DNA of 64,000 nucleotides from an uncultured Gemmatimonadales bacterium (GTDB lineage: Bacteria > Gemmatimonadota > Gemmatimonadetes > Longimicrobiales > RSA9). Under the pieces are notes generated by a model. The model was given only the letters and a program-made list of their open reading frames with translations, made no database searches and was not told where the DNA came from. The position numbers and the translations under genes are program-made. Below are positions 49,801 to 58,201 of this stretch, in pieces. The stretch is from NCBI GenBank assembly GCA_963798845.1, contig CAWCUS010000006.1:224001-288000 (forward strand), written 5' to 3'. The stretch's first letter is position 1; each line of letters begins with the position of its first letter.

Positions 49801-50074
49801 CCGGACCGGTGATCTCGCGCTCCATCGTGCGATAACCGAGATAGCTGAAGACCAGCTCGCCGGAACCCGCGGGGACGCGAACGGCGAAATTGCCGTTCCC
49901 GTCTGACAGCGTGCCTACCGTGGTACCCTTCACCACGATCTGCACGCCCGCGAGCGGCTGCCCCGAGTCCTCGGCCGTCACCTGGCCGGTCACCCGGTTT
50001 TCCTGGGCGCTCAGCCACGTCGGCACTGCGAGCAGTGCCGCGATGGCGAGAGTCCGCCGCAGCTTGGAATACAT
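46880..50074 (-). CDS. SusC/RagA family TonB-dependent outer-membrane receptor
   Basis: GGAGG RBS, MYSK start; carboxypeptidase-like N-domain; VTALGIQREKRSLGYSVQ; SVLKGPNAAALYGSRAANGAVVITTK; NLKPE-like motif. Confidence 0.95.
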   Translation of the reverse strand: MYSKLRRTLAIAALLAVPTWLSAQENRVTGQVTAEDSGQPLAGVQIVVKGTTVGTLSDGNGNFAVRVPAGSGELVFSYLGYRTMEREITGPVVNVTMSREAIGLEGITVTALGIQREKRSLGYSVQDVSAEQISEVPKLNVVDALHGNVAGVHITNTAGPGGASRIVIRGASSINGNNQPLFVVDGIPIDNSSSSNNGSSNATGGGYNYANRAGDLDPNNIESISVLKGPNAAALYGSRAANGAVVITTKKGYHGAGLGISATVSTMFDTPLRLPDYQNKYGQGSSGQFEWVDGNWGGVADGMDESWGPALSCDTLVDQFSGKNQPWCPHPNNVRDFFETGVTVNTNVAIARSDERSNVRLSVTNMQQNGMYPNNEINRLGASLAGGLDVTDRMRAEGAIDYMKNDVANLPATGYTGTNVMQQFIWFGRQVDVASLSNYKCVAGDTRPGCVLGNDYYNWNYSYHDNPYVEAYENTNDAVTDHVLGHALLSYDFTDWLTATVRSGTDWYQESRQRNYAWGTYGGENPRGAFAHDEIFNRETNTDFLVTGTRNLTSDLSLTVNAGGNRRDQEYHLSNYGASELVVPGIYTLDNAGVTPSTNDVIQKKRVNSLYGAATLNFRNYLNLDVTGRNDWSSTLPEANNSYFYPSVSGAFVFTDAFGIESSLLSSGKLRASWTRVGNDADPYQLLATFTSNDPFGGLPLFSVPNTLPNATLKPEETTAWEVGTDLGFLNERVGFVLTYYDNTTINQIMPVQISATSGYRNQVLNAGEVRNWGYELLANLTPVKQPNGLRWDMTVNWAKNNSEVVDLYGDLQTLVLGTYWGLNVEARKGEPYGALFGTPLLREDLDGDGVGDPEGRVIVSAGSGVPLQDAAHRRVLGNYNPDWTGGLLNRFTYKSFDLSVLFDMQHGGDVYSVTNMFGEYSGVLEGSLLGRENGPCDPGIVVPHSAYYDANGNLVDNSGANAVAACPQDYFEGSYPGHEPYIHDASYVKLRELKLGVRLPNSWVTKLGFGSADIALIGRNLALWTDMPNIDPETAFSAGNVQGLEFGQFPTARSIGFTVTVRP

Positions 50075-50383
50075 AAGTCCTCCAGGGAAAGGAAACTCGT
50101 TTGGAGAGGCGGCTTCTGCTTCCGACTCCTGCGGGAGACCCCGACTCCCGGCGATCGAATCGTCGACACGCGCCGCCCCGGGCGGTCTCGATTCGGATTC
50201 CGGACGCCACCGGCAATGCCTCCGGGTGCGGGTGTTCGGTGGGACACCCTTCGGTCGCCCGCTCCTGCAGTGGCAGCTGCTCGTGGAACGGTGTCGGCGC
50301 GGTTCCTTTGGGGAGGCTCGATCGAGATCGAGCCCTTTCAACATGGGGTTTGGTAGCGCTCCGGCCCTGGCGACCTCCTTGCT

Positions 50384-51730
50384 CTAGAGCCTGTGGCCCG
50401 GTCCGGGCCCGATGTCGAGGCGTGCCAATGCACGCCCGGGTCGTTCAACACGGGAGTTAAGCCGCCGCACGCTCGAAGTCAAGGCCCTGATGAGATTTCC
50501 GGGCTCGTCGTCCCGGGGCTGCGGAGGCTGCCTGCGCTCCTCCACCGGCAGCGCCGATCCGACAGCCACACCGGGCCAGCCCCATAGCAGCAGAGCGGCG
50601 ACCAGCGGTGGCCCGGCGACGGCGGCCAGCGCCGGCGCCGGGCGCGCCAGCGGGCGGGCGGACGCCCCGTGGGGAAGGACCAGCAGCAGCAGCACCAGGG
50701 CGACGGCGACGCCGCCGAGCAGCCACCCCGCGGCGATGCTCCCGGCCGCCAGCGGTGCCCCGGGGGCGGACGACAGCCGGTACGCGCCCGCGACTCCCAC
50801 GAAGAGTGCGAGCCCCAGGCTGGTCGCCGCTCCCGACCTCCGCCCGCGCGCGGGCTCCAGCACCCGTCCGATCAGCGAAAGCGCCGCTGCATGGCCTGCG
50901 GCGAGCGCCGCCGCCCCGGCCCAGCCGGCGCCGCCCGAGAGCAGACCGGCGGCCACGACCCCGGCGAGCCCCACCGCCACCCATCTCCTGCCGGCGGTAC
51001 CGGGCCAGCCCAGCAGACCCGCCAGGGCGACGCCGCCGCCCACCGCCACCGTCATGGCCGAGAACGCGAACGGCGCCCCCGAACGGGCGACCACGGCCGC
51101 AGGGGCGCCGAGCACATAGAGGTCGAGGAAGAGGATCAGGCCGAGCGCCAGTGCCCCCCGGCGCCTCACCCCGCCCGCCCGGCGCTCGAGGCCACGGACG
51201 CCGGCGGGCGGGTCGACCGCGCGGGCGCTCGCGCCGGCGAGCGCGAGCAGCATGAGCGAAAGCGCCACCTGCGCCGGCACCCATCCGGGTGTCAGCGATA
51301 CGTCGGCCCCACCGCCCGCCACCCGGAGCAGCCCGTCAGCGACCAGCCCCGTCGCGGCCCCGGCCGCGACGCCCCGTGCGTCCAGCCGGCCGACACCCCA
51401 GGCGAGGAACAGCCCTGCGAATGCGAGCACGAGCGCGGATCCGCCCAGTCTCGTGGCCACATCGGGGTGCGACATCGGGAGCCGGAAGATCGCGACCCCG
51501 GCCGCGCTCACGGCGACCGCGCCCCCGCGTTCCAGCCATCGGCGCAGAGGGAGCAGCGGCACGAGAAGCGCCAGCAGCGGCGTCACGGCGAGAAGAAGGC
51601 GCCATGGCGATAAGGGGGGAGCCGCGGCGTCGCCCGCGACGTCGAGGAGGGAGGGGAAGAAGGCGCGCTGCGCTTCCGCGAGAAAAAGGAACACGAGCGC
51701 CGCCACGGCGAACGATCGGACCGCGCGCAC
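50384..51730 (-). CDS. polytopic membrane protein of unknown function
   Basis: Ten or more hydrophobic segments; GTG start 17 nt after the kinase stop. Confidence 0.65.
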   Translation of the reverse strand: MRAVRSFAVAALVFLFLAEAQRAFFPSLLDVAGDAAAPPLSPWRLLLAVTPLLALLVPLLPLRRWLERGGAVAVSAAGVAIFRLPMSHPDVATRLGGSALVLAFAGLFLAWGVGRLDARGVAAGAATGLVADGLLRVAGGGADVSLTPGWVPAQVALSLMLLALAGASARAVDPPAGVRGLERRAGGVRRRGALALGLILFLDLYVLGAPAAVVARSGAPFAFSAMTVAVGGGVALAGLLGWPGTAGRRWVAVGLAGVVAAGLLSGGAGWAGAAALAAGHAAALSLIGRVLEPARGRRSGAATSLGLALFVGVAGAYRLSSAPGAPLAAGSIAAGWLLGGVAVALVLLLLVLPHGASARPLARPAPALAAVAGPPLVAALLLWGWPGVAVGSALPVEERRQPPQPRDDEPGNLIRALTSSVRRLNSRVERPGRALARLDIGPGPGHRL

Positions 51731-51747
51731 CGGGTCGGCCGGCCCGG

Positions 51748-53904
51748 TCAGTCGGCCGGGGTTGCGGTCTTCCCTCCGCGGCCTTCCGCCCCCGCGGCGG
51801 CCCGAGGGGCGAGCGCCCGCTTCACCGGCTCACCCCGGGTTCCGGGGTTCAGGCGTACGGGCAGCTCCACCGTGAACCGCGTGCCTTTCCCGTAGGTGCT
51901 CTCCACGGTGATCCCACCCCCGAGCAGGGCGATGAGCTTGCGCGTGATGGACAGGCCCAGCCCCGTCCCGCCGTACTCGCGCGTTGGAGTCTGGTCCACC
52001 TGCCGGAAGTCGTCGAAGATCGCCTCCAGGTCCTTCTCCTTGATCCCGATGCCCGTGTCCTCCACGACGATCCGGACCCGCTCTGCAGCCGCCTGGTTCA
52101 CGATCACGGTCACGTGCCCCCGGGCCGTGAACTTGATGGCGTTCGACAGCAGGTTGAGGAGGATCTGCTTCACCTTCGTGCGGTCGGTGAACAGCGTCGT
52201 CAGCCCGGTATCGCCCTCGACCGTGAACGCCAGCCCCTTCTCCCGCACCAGCGGCTCCACCGCCTCGGAAAGCTCGCCCAGCATCTGCCGCAGCGACACT
52301 TCCTCCAGGTACACCGGCATCTTCCCGGCTTCGATCTTCGACAGATCCAGGATGTCGTTGATCAGGTCCAGCAGGTGCTGCGACGCGGTGTTGATCTTGT
52401 CCAGCCCGCTCCGCTGCTTGTCGGTGAGCTCACCGTAGATCTCCTCGCGCATGAGCGAGGTGTAGCCCAGCACGGCGTTGATCGGCGTGCGCAGCTCATG
52501 GCTCATGCTGGCGAGGAACTCGCTCTTCAGCCGCGACGCCCTCTCCAGCTCCTGGCTCTGCCACTCCAGGCGCCGGTTGCGCTCCTCCAGCTCCAGGGTC
52601 GCGGTGCGGACCCGGTCCTCCAGCCCTTCGTTGAGCTCCCGCAGCTCACGGGCGAGGCGCTCGTTCTCGACGACCTGGGCCAGATCGTGAATGACGCTCA
52701 CGATGGCGGACGGCTCGCCGCGGGCGTTCAGGATCTTGCTGCTCACCACCTCCACCGGGAACTCGGACCCCCGTTCCGGCTCGTGCAGCTCGAACTTGGC
52801 CACCCGCCTCGCCTCCGGCTGCAACAGGAAGTCGCTGATCAGGCTCGTGAACTTCGTGTCGTTCGCCCGGACGGCGCGCCGGCGAGCCGAATCCGCACCG
52901 GCCGCGGCGGGGGCCTCGAACAGGCGCTCCGCCTCCCGGTTCATCAGGATGATGTTCGACCGCTCATCCGTGACCAGGATCGGGTCGCCCACGTTCTCCA
53001 GAGTAGCATTCAGCCGCTCCCACTCCTCGCGAACCCGCTCCTCGGCGACCCGCGACCGCCGGAACTGCGTCTCGAGCTCCGTGAGCGCTCGCTTCAGGTC
53101 GGTGATGTCGCGCAGGATCGACAGCACGCTACCCTGCGGCCCGGTTTCGGGAACCGGCGTCGGCAGCACCTCGAACAGGAGGTCGGAGCCGTCGCCCGGG
53201 TCCACCAGGTTGAGCTCCCGCGGCTGCCCCTGGTGCGCGCTGATCACCAGCTGCGTCAGCATGGAGCTGAACAGGAGGTTGTTCAGCTGCACCGCCCTGC
53301 GGCGCCCTTCGTTGTCCGACGGAGAGGTCGAGAAGAGCTGATCGGCACGGTCGTTGGCAAGCACGATGTTGTTCCTGCCATCCGTCAGCACCACCGGGTC
53401 CGGCAGGCTGTTCACGATGCTCGTGAGCATCTCCCGCTCCCGCGACGACCGGTCCGCCCGGCGCTGCAGATCCCGCACCGCCCGAGTCTTCTCCAGGATC
53501 GGCAGGTAGCGCCCGAATACGTCTTCGATCGCCGCCAGCGCCTTCCGGTCCACCCCGTACTCCAGCACGACCGCCCCCCATGCCGCCTCGCCCCGCTCGC
53601 ACAGGGGGAGCACCTGGAGATCCGCCGTGTCCTCGGCAAGCGCCGGGATCCGCGCCTGTTCCCCGCTGCGCAGCGCGTCCCCCAGCGGCGAGTCCTCATG
53701 CGACGCCGCCTCTCGCACTCGCCTCTGCAGGCGCTCCGGCAGACCCATGCCTACGACATCGTACCGCCCCCCTTCACTGTAGACCACCAGCCCGCCGCCC
53801 AGCTGGCTCGCGCCCAGCGCGCGCTCCAGGACCAGGGAGAGCGCCTCGGCCGGCCCCTCGGAGCGGGCCAGACGTTCACTGAGCTCGGATGTGGCGATTT
53901 CCAT
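51748..53904 (-). CDS. cytoplasmic sensor histidine kinase (degenerate GAF-like + 2 PAS + HisKA + HATPase)
   Basis: No TM; two PAS-like repeats; FLASMSHELRTPINA; QILLNLLSNAIKFT; DTGIGI; GGTGLGL. Confidence 0.93.
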   Translation of the reverse strand: MEIATSELSERLARSEGPAEALSLVLERALGASQLGGGLVVYSEGGRYDVVGMGLPERLQRRVREAASHEDSPLGDALRSGEQARIPALAEDTADLQVLPLCERGEAAWGAVVLEYGVDRKALAAIEDVFGRYLPILEKTRAVRDLQRRADRSSREREMLTSIVNSLPDPVVLTDGRNNIVLANDRADQLFSTSPSDNEGRRRAVQLNNLLFSSMLTQLVISAHQGQPRELNLVDPGDGSDLLFEVLPTPVPETGPQGSVLSILRDITDLKRALTELETQFRRSRVAEERVREEWERLNATLENVGDPILVTDERSNIILMNREAERLFEAPAAAGADSARRRAVRANDTKFTSLISDFLLQPEARRVAKFELHEPERGSEFPVEVVSSKILNARGEPSAIVSVIHDLAQVVENERLARELRELNEGLEDRVRTATLELEERNRRLEWQSQELERASRLKSEFLASMSHELRTPINAVLGYTSLMREEIYGELTDKQRSGLDKINTASQHLLDLINDILDLSKIEAGKMPVYLEEVSLRQMLGELSEAVEPLVREKGLAFTVEGDTGLTTLFTDRTKVKQILLNLLSNAIKFTARGHVTVIVNQAAAERVRIVVEDTGIGIKEKDLEAIFDDFRQVDQTPTREYGGTGLGLSITRKLIALLGGGITVESTYGKGTRFTVELPVRLNPGTRGEPVKRALAPRAAAGAEGRGGKTATPAD

Positions 53905-53918
53905 GACAACGGCGGGCC

Positions 53919-54218
53919 CTACTCCACCTGCTCGAGCCGGCGTCGCAGTTCCAGGTTTTCGGCTCGCATCCGCTCCAGCTCCGTCTGCTCGCCACTGGTG
54001 AGCGCCTGGGGGCGGGCGACGGTGGGGAGGACCCCGACGGCCTCAGCGTACTTCAGGTATGTGTCGATCGCCGCGACCACGATCCTGGCTTCCACGGTGA
54101 CCAGATCGATCCCGACGAGCGAGACGCGGACGTAGGCGTCGATGACGATGCCCTTGTCCAGGACCCGATCGAGGACGTCGATGAGGCTGGTTCCAGCGGG
54201 AGCCCTTTCAACCGCCAT
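53919..54218 (-). CDS. gvpA: gas vesicle major structural protein
   Basis: [62 protein letters not shown], plus C-terminal coiled coil. Confidence 0.95.
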   Translation of the reverse strand: MAVERAPAGTSLIDVLDRVLDKGIVIDAYVRVSLVGIDLVTVEARIVVAAIDTYLKYAEAVGVLPTVARPQALTSGEQTELERMRAENLELRRRLEQVE

Positions 54219-54556
54219 TATTGCCCCTCTCCGGAGTGGGGGAATGCGTCCTTCCGCAACTGCTGACGCTCCAGTGTCTGCAATCTTCGTGACAGGTCAT
54301 CCAGCTTGTGGGCAAGCGTGCCATCGCCGCTGGCGTGTGTGGACAGCCTCGGGTCGGTCTTCCACCAGTCCATGCCGATCTCCTCGGCCTTGTCCAGGGA
54401 GCACACGAGGAGGCGGATCTGGATGGTGAGCAGCTCGACGTCGGCGAGGCGGATGCGGATGTCGCCGGCGATCATGAGCCCCTTGTCCAGGACGCGGTCG
54501 AGCACATCGACCAGGCCCTGAGAGCGCTGCGGCCCCAATTCGTAGTGCTCCGCCAA
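54218..54556 (-). CDS. gvpJ: gas vesicle protein GvpJ
   Basis: [58 protein letters not shown] start. Confidence 0.88.
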   Translation of the reverse strand: MAEHYELGPQRSQGLVDVLDRVLDKGLMIAGDIRIRLADVELLTIQIRLLVCSLDKAEEIGMDWWKTDPRLSTHASGDGTLAHKLDDLSRRLQTLERQQLRKDAFPHSGEGQ

Positions 54557-54577
54557 TTGGACCTTTCCCGGTTGCGG

Positions 54578-54937
54578 TCAGACCAGTCGGCCCAGCGGAC
54601 CGAGGTCGATGTTCAGATCCTCTTTCGCGATCCCGAAGGCTGCGCGGATATCGTCCAGTCGCTCTTCCAGCCGCATGAGTGCGAGGCCGAGCCGCTCCGC
54701 CTCCTCGTCCGACAACGATCCCCCTTCCAACCGGCGCACGGCCTGGTGCTCCAGCATCTGCCGTATGAATTCGACGAGCGTGAGGACCAGCTTGCCCACG
54801 CCTGCCTCGATGTCGTCGGGCGATGCGTCGAGGCGTGACGGGAGACGCGGCGCCACCTCGCGGAGCTCGGCGGCGAGGCGCTCGAGCTCGGCGACGTGCG
54901 CGCCTCCAGCATGCTCCACCCGCTCGTCACAGCTCAT
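54578..54937 (-). CDS. gvpK: gas vesicle protein GvpK
   Basis: GVGKLVLTLVEFIRQMLEHQAVRRLEGGSLSDEEAERLGLALM..LNIDLGPLGRL. Confidence 0.92.
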   Translation of the reverse strand: MSCDERVEHAGGAHVAELERLAAELREVAPRLPSRLDASPDDIEAGVGKLVLTLVEFIRQMLEHQAVRRLEGGSLSDEEAERLGLALMRLEERLDDIRAAFGIAKEDLNIDLGPLGRLV

Positions 54938-55614
54938 ACAGCGAACCCGTAGGGCGGCCAGGGACCCGAAAATAGGAATCGGAGCTCCGGGTGCTGCGAA
55001 GGGAACTGCCGAATCCGCCGCTGGTAGGTGCCAGTATCGTGCCGGTCTACCAGGTGAGCGACGGAAGCCAGCGTGGAATCGCCGCCCGGGTCGACCCGCT
55101 GGTCCCTGGCGAGCGGCCCCAACCACGCGCGCATGGCCTCCGCCATATCGGCGCCCTGCCGTGCGCGTGCCCGCTCCGCTCGCCCGCGCCGGGAGAGGCC
55201 TTCGAGGTACGCCTTTCCGCTGCTTCGGTCGGGCTCGGCGGCGGCTGCGGCGGGGTCGAGGATGCGAGTCCCGAACTCGACGGCTCCCAGCACGTGTCGC
55301 AGCGACAGCTCCAGCGGAGCACGCCGCGCTGCAATCAATGCTTCCAGGGCCGACCAGCAGTCGAACCACTGACCGAATCGCATCGGAAGGGGCGTCCGGG
55401 ACCGGGTGGCGGCTCCGAGCACGGCGTTGTGGGTCCGGAGTGCCTCGAGAGAGGGGTGCGGCGCCCCGCGGCTCTCGGAAACCCAGGCAGTGAAGCCCTG
55501 CACGGGGACGGAGCGCACCGGAGCGCCGGCCAGTCCTGTGACGGCAGAAGGCTCGGGATGGTCGGCGGCGCCGAGGCAGTATAGGTAGACGGCACCGGCC
55601 AGCCGCGTCCTCAT
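54934..55614 (-). CDS. GvpL/GvpF family gas vesicle protein
   Basis: VYLYCL, HNAVL..PLPMRFG, SGKAYL, VAHLVD, FSGPWPPYGF. Confidence 0.88.
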   Translation of the reverse strand: MRTRLAGAVYLYCLGAADHPEPSAVTGLAGAPVRSVPVQGFTAWVSESRGAPHPSLEALRTHNAVLGAATRSRTPLPMRFGQWFDCWSALEALIAARRAPLELSLRHVLGAVEFGTRILDPAAAAAEPDRSSGKAYLEGLSRRGRAERARARQGADMAEAMRAWLGPLARDQRVDPGGDSTLASVAHLVDRHDTGTYQRRIRQFPSQHPELRFLFSGPWPPYGFAV

Positions 55615-55874
55615 CCGGCGACGTCTTCTCCCGCGGGTCCGGCGGGGGACCGCGCACCGTTCCGCTCCCCTGCCAGCAGCGGCAGCCCGCCGCTTCTCCG
55701 CTCCAGCGCTTCCACCCCGCTCAGCAGGAGCCTCAGCTCCAGGTAGATCAGGTCGATCCCGGCCACGCCGATGGTGACGTCACCGCGCAGCACGACGCCA
55801 CGGTCCAGGACACGATCGACCAGCTCCACCAGGCGCAGCCGCTCGTCTGCTTCGAGCGGGGCGTCCTCACGCAC
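55611..55874 (-). CDS. gvpS: gas vesicle protein GvpS (GvpA/J family)
   Basis: LVELVDRVLDRGVVLRGDVTIGVAGIDLIYLELRLLLSG. Confidence 0.82.
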   Translation of the reverse strand: MREDAPLEADERLRLVELVDRVLDRGVVLRGDVTIGVAGIDLIYLELRLLLSGVEALERRSGGLPLLAGERNGARSPAGPAGEDVAG

Positions 55875-56652
55875 CGGGCGCCTCCAGGAAGCGGTACGGC
55901 GCCCAGGGGCCGGTGACGTCGACCGTCAGTCCGAGCGACTTCGCCCGCTCCGTCTCCTTGCGTGCGCGGTCGCGGAACGCCGCCTCCCGGCCGCGAGCCA
56001 CCAGGAAGGCCGCACTCGCCAGCACGGGCGCTGTCGACGGCGGCACGACGTGGCGCGCGTCCTCGGCCAGCCGCTCGAGTGAAGCCACCAGCTCCTGCGC
56101 GAGCCGCCGTGCGGCGGCTCGTCCCTCCCGCCTCGCCACGTCCGCGCGCTTCTTCCGCAGGAGGAACTGCTTCCCCGGCTTGGCCGCCTCGATCTCCTCG
56201 TCGAGGGCGGCTACCTCGTCCGAGATTTCCGCCAGGTGCCGATCCAGGGCCTCCGCGTCGTAGCCGACCTTCATGTCCCACTCGCGGGTGTCGGAAAACC
56301 GCTCGAGCTCGCGCTCGATCCGTCCCGCGTCGCGAGCGGCGGCTTCCAGGAGCTTCGCCTGGGAGCTGAAGAGGTTCACCACCCGGGACGGGAGGATCGA
56401 AGCGTGATCCACGAACCACGCGACGGTCTCCTCGTGGTGCAGCCCCAGCTCCGCCATCCACTCCACGTCGGCGCAGTGCCGCTCCAACCGCTCGCCCGTG
56501 AACTCCTCGGGGTCCACCCGCGAGATCACGGCACGGAAGGGCAGCCGGTCCGCGCCCGTCAGCTCCACCTCCGTGTCGCCGACGCCGAGCAGCCCGCCCG
56601 TGGGGAGCCTCGCCTCCGTGGGGACGAAGCCGTACAGGTAGATTGGGCTCAT
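55867..56652 (-). CDS. gvpL: GvpL/GvpF family gas vesicle protein
   Basis: IYLYGFV, HEETV..ILPSR, EWDMKV, PGKQFLLRKK, AAFLV, VTGPWAPYRF. Confidence 0.85.
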   Translation of the reverse strand: MSPIYLYGFVPTEARLPTGGLLGVGDTEVELTGADRLPFRAVISRVDPEEFTGERLERHCADVEWMAELGLHHEETVAWFVDHASILPSRVVNLFSSQAKLLEAAARDAGRIERELERFSDTREWDMKVGYDAEALDRHLAEISDEVAALDEEIEAAKPGKQFLLRKKRADVARREGRAAARRLAQELVASLERLAEDARHVVPPSTAPVLASAAFLVARGREAAFRDRARKETERAKSLGLTVDVTGPWAPYRFLEAPGA

Positions 56653-56704
56653 CCGACCCCCGTCCCGCGGGCCTCGCGCACGCCCGCACGCACGCCATTA
56701 CCCG

Positions 56705-57115
56705 TCATCCGTCATCGAATCCGAGCCTGAGGTCCACTTCGGCATCCCGGGCCGTGGCGACGTCGGGCGCCTCCTGTTCCTCGACCGTTTCCTGCTCCGC
56801 CTCCGCCGACGCTTCCGCCGACCCGCCAGCCCCTACCACGCGAACGGGTCCGCCCGACGTCGGCATCCCGTACTGCTGGCGCCACGCCCGGACCTCACGC
56901 AACCTCCGCATGAGCTCCGCCTCCGCGGCCGCGTACGTCTCCTCGTCCACCTCCCCCAGCTCCAGCGCCATCTGCAACTCCATCAGCTCCCGCTTCACAG
57001 CCAGGTCGTCCGTCAGGTCGGTGCGCACGGCCTCCTGCACCTTCTCCAGGGAGAAGCGAGTCAGGAACGACGGCCCCGTCACAGGCCAGAAGAGCAGGTG
57101 CTTGAAGAGCCCCAC
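56705..57115 (-). CDS. gvpG: gas vesicle protein GvpG
   Basis: MGLFKHLLFWPVTGP..LELGEVDEETYAAAEAELMRRL. Confidence 0.88.
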   Translation of the reverse strand: MGLFKHLLFWPVTGPSFLTRFSLEKVQEAVRTDLTDDLAVKRELMELQMALELGEVDEETYAAAEAELMRRLREVRAWRQQYGMPTSGGPVRVVGAGGSAEASAEAEQETVEEQEAPDVATARDAEVDLRLGFDDG

Positions 57116-57116
57116 G

Positions 57117-57932
57117 TCAGGTCCCGGCGCGCTCGAGCTTGAGCTTGATGTTCACGAAGTTGTACGGCGGCCAGGGGCCGGTGTACTTGAACGACAGCAA
57201 CTCCTCGTATTTCCGTGAGAGCGACTTCACAGCCTCGTCGAACTCCTCTTCCCTGGTCCGGACCACGAGGTAGGCGGCGTTGAGGATCATGCGATCGCCA
57301 ATCGGCTTGTTCGACCGGCTCGCGATGGCGAACGGCTTCAGCGACTGGTGGACATCCATCACGTAGCCGTTCGCCGCCTCCTCCAACCCGCTCTCCACAA
57401 GTCGCCCCAGCTGCATGCGGGCAAAATACGTCGAGCTCTGCTCGTTCTCGGTGATCTCCCGCTTCAGCCGGTGGATCTCCTCGTCCTCCTCTTCCAGGCG
57501 GCGCGCGACCTGGTCCCGGTCCCACAGGACCTTCAGGCCGAATTCGATCTTGTCCCGCATCTTGTCGAGCACGTCGTCGAACGCGCGGTACGTCGATTTG
57601 AGCAGCTCAACGATGTCGTCATGCGTCCGGAAGATGGTCCCGAACGACATCGGGATGACGGTGAACTCGCGCATCACAGACTCGTTCACCAGCTCGTGCG
57701 CCAGCACGTTCTCCCGCGTGGGATCGTAGATCCGGATCGGCGTGTCGCTCACCACCGCGGCGAGGTCCTGGAAATGCACGGTGTAAACGCGGCTCGAATC
57801 GCCCCCGATGCCGATCGCGCCGAAGTCCCGGGGTTCGCTCGTCTTGATGATGCAGTAGACGTACTTCCCTTCATCGGTGGCGGGATTCCGGTCGCCACCG
57901 ACCGGGTCGTACGGATGTCCGTCGTCTGGCAT
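57117..57932 (-). CDS. gvpF: gas vesicle protein GvpF
   Basis: GKYVYCII, LAAVVSDTP, ENVLAHELV..TVIPMSFGT, EFGLKVLW, ILNAAYLV, YTGPWPPYNFV. Confidence 0.92.
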   Translation of the reverse strand: MPDDGHPYDPVGGDRNPATDEGKYVYCIIKTSEPRDFGAIGIGGDSSRVYTVHFQDLAAVVSDTPIRIYDPTRENVLAHELVNESVMREFTVIPMSFGTIFRTHDDIVELLKSTYRAFDDVLDKMRDKIEFGLKVLWDRDQVARRLEEEDEEIHRLKREITENEQSSTYFARMQLGRLVESGLEEAANGYVMDVHQSLKPFAIASRSNKPIGDRMILNAAYLVVRTREEEFDEAVKSLSRKYEELLSFKYTGPWPPYNFVNIKLKLERAGT

Positions 57933-58034
57933 GGCTGCGCCCGATTCGGAGCTGAGAAGTTGCCTTTTCACCCGAGCGGAAGTCACACAGGAGCCGGCGC
58001 CGCTCGGCTCGGGGTCGCGCTGGCGCCGTGTTGA

Positions 58035-58050
58035 TGCCAGCTTCGTGCCG
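58035..58050 (-). promoter_or_regulatory. candidate sigma-54 promoter of the gas vesicle operon
   Basis: Minus strand CGGCACGAAGCTGGCA versus consensus TGGCACG-N4-TTGCW; about 100 nt upstream of gvpF. Confidence 0.5.
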
Positions 58051-58201
58051 GACCCGCGACGCCGCCGTCCGGGCAAGCGCCGCCCCCGCGGTCCGCTGCG
58101 GCTCCGGTGTTCTGAACCGGCGCGCCCCTTGCGGTGCGCCCGGGCGAGGTCGGTCGAGAGCCGGGCGGCTCGGCATGCCCAGATACAGTGACCACAGACC
58201 C

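Noticed and set aside
50075..50383. Cobalamin riboswitch in the susC leader
   Set aside because: Only an isolated GCCACTG and a purine-rich stretch were seen; the other conserved elements and pairings could not be found. An Rfam scan would settle it.
50368..50383. Sigma-54-like TGGCGACCTCCTTGCT on the + strand
   Set aside because: Points antisense into the membrane protein gene with no credible downstream ORF; may be a chance match.
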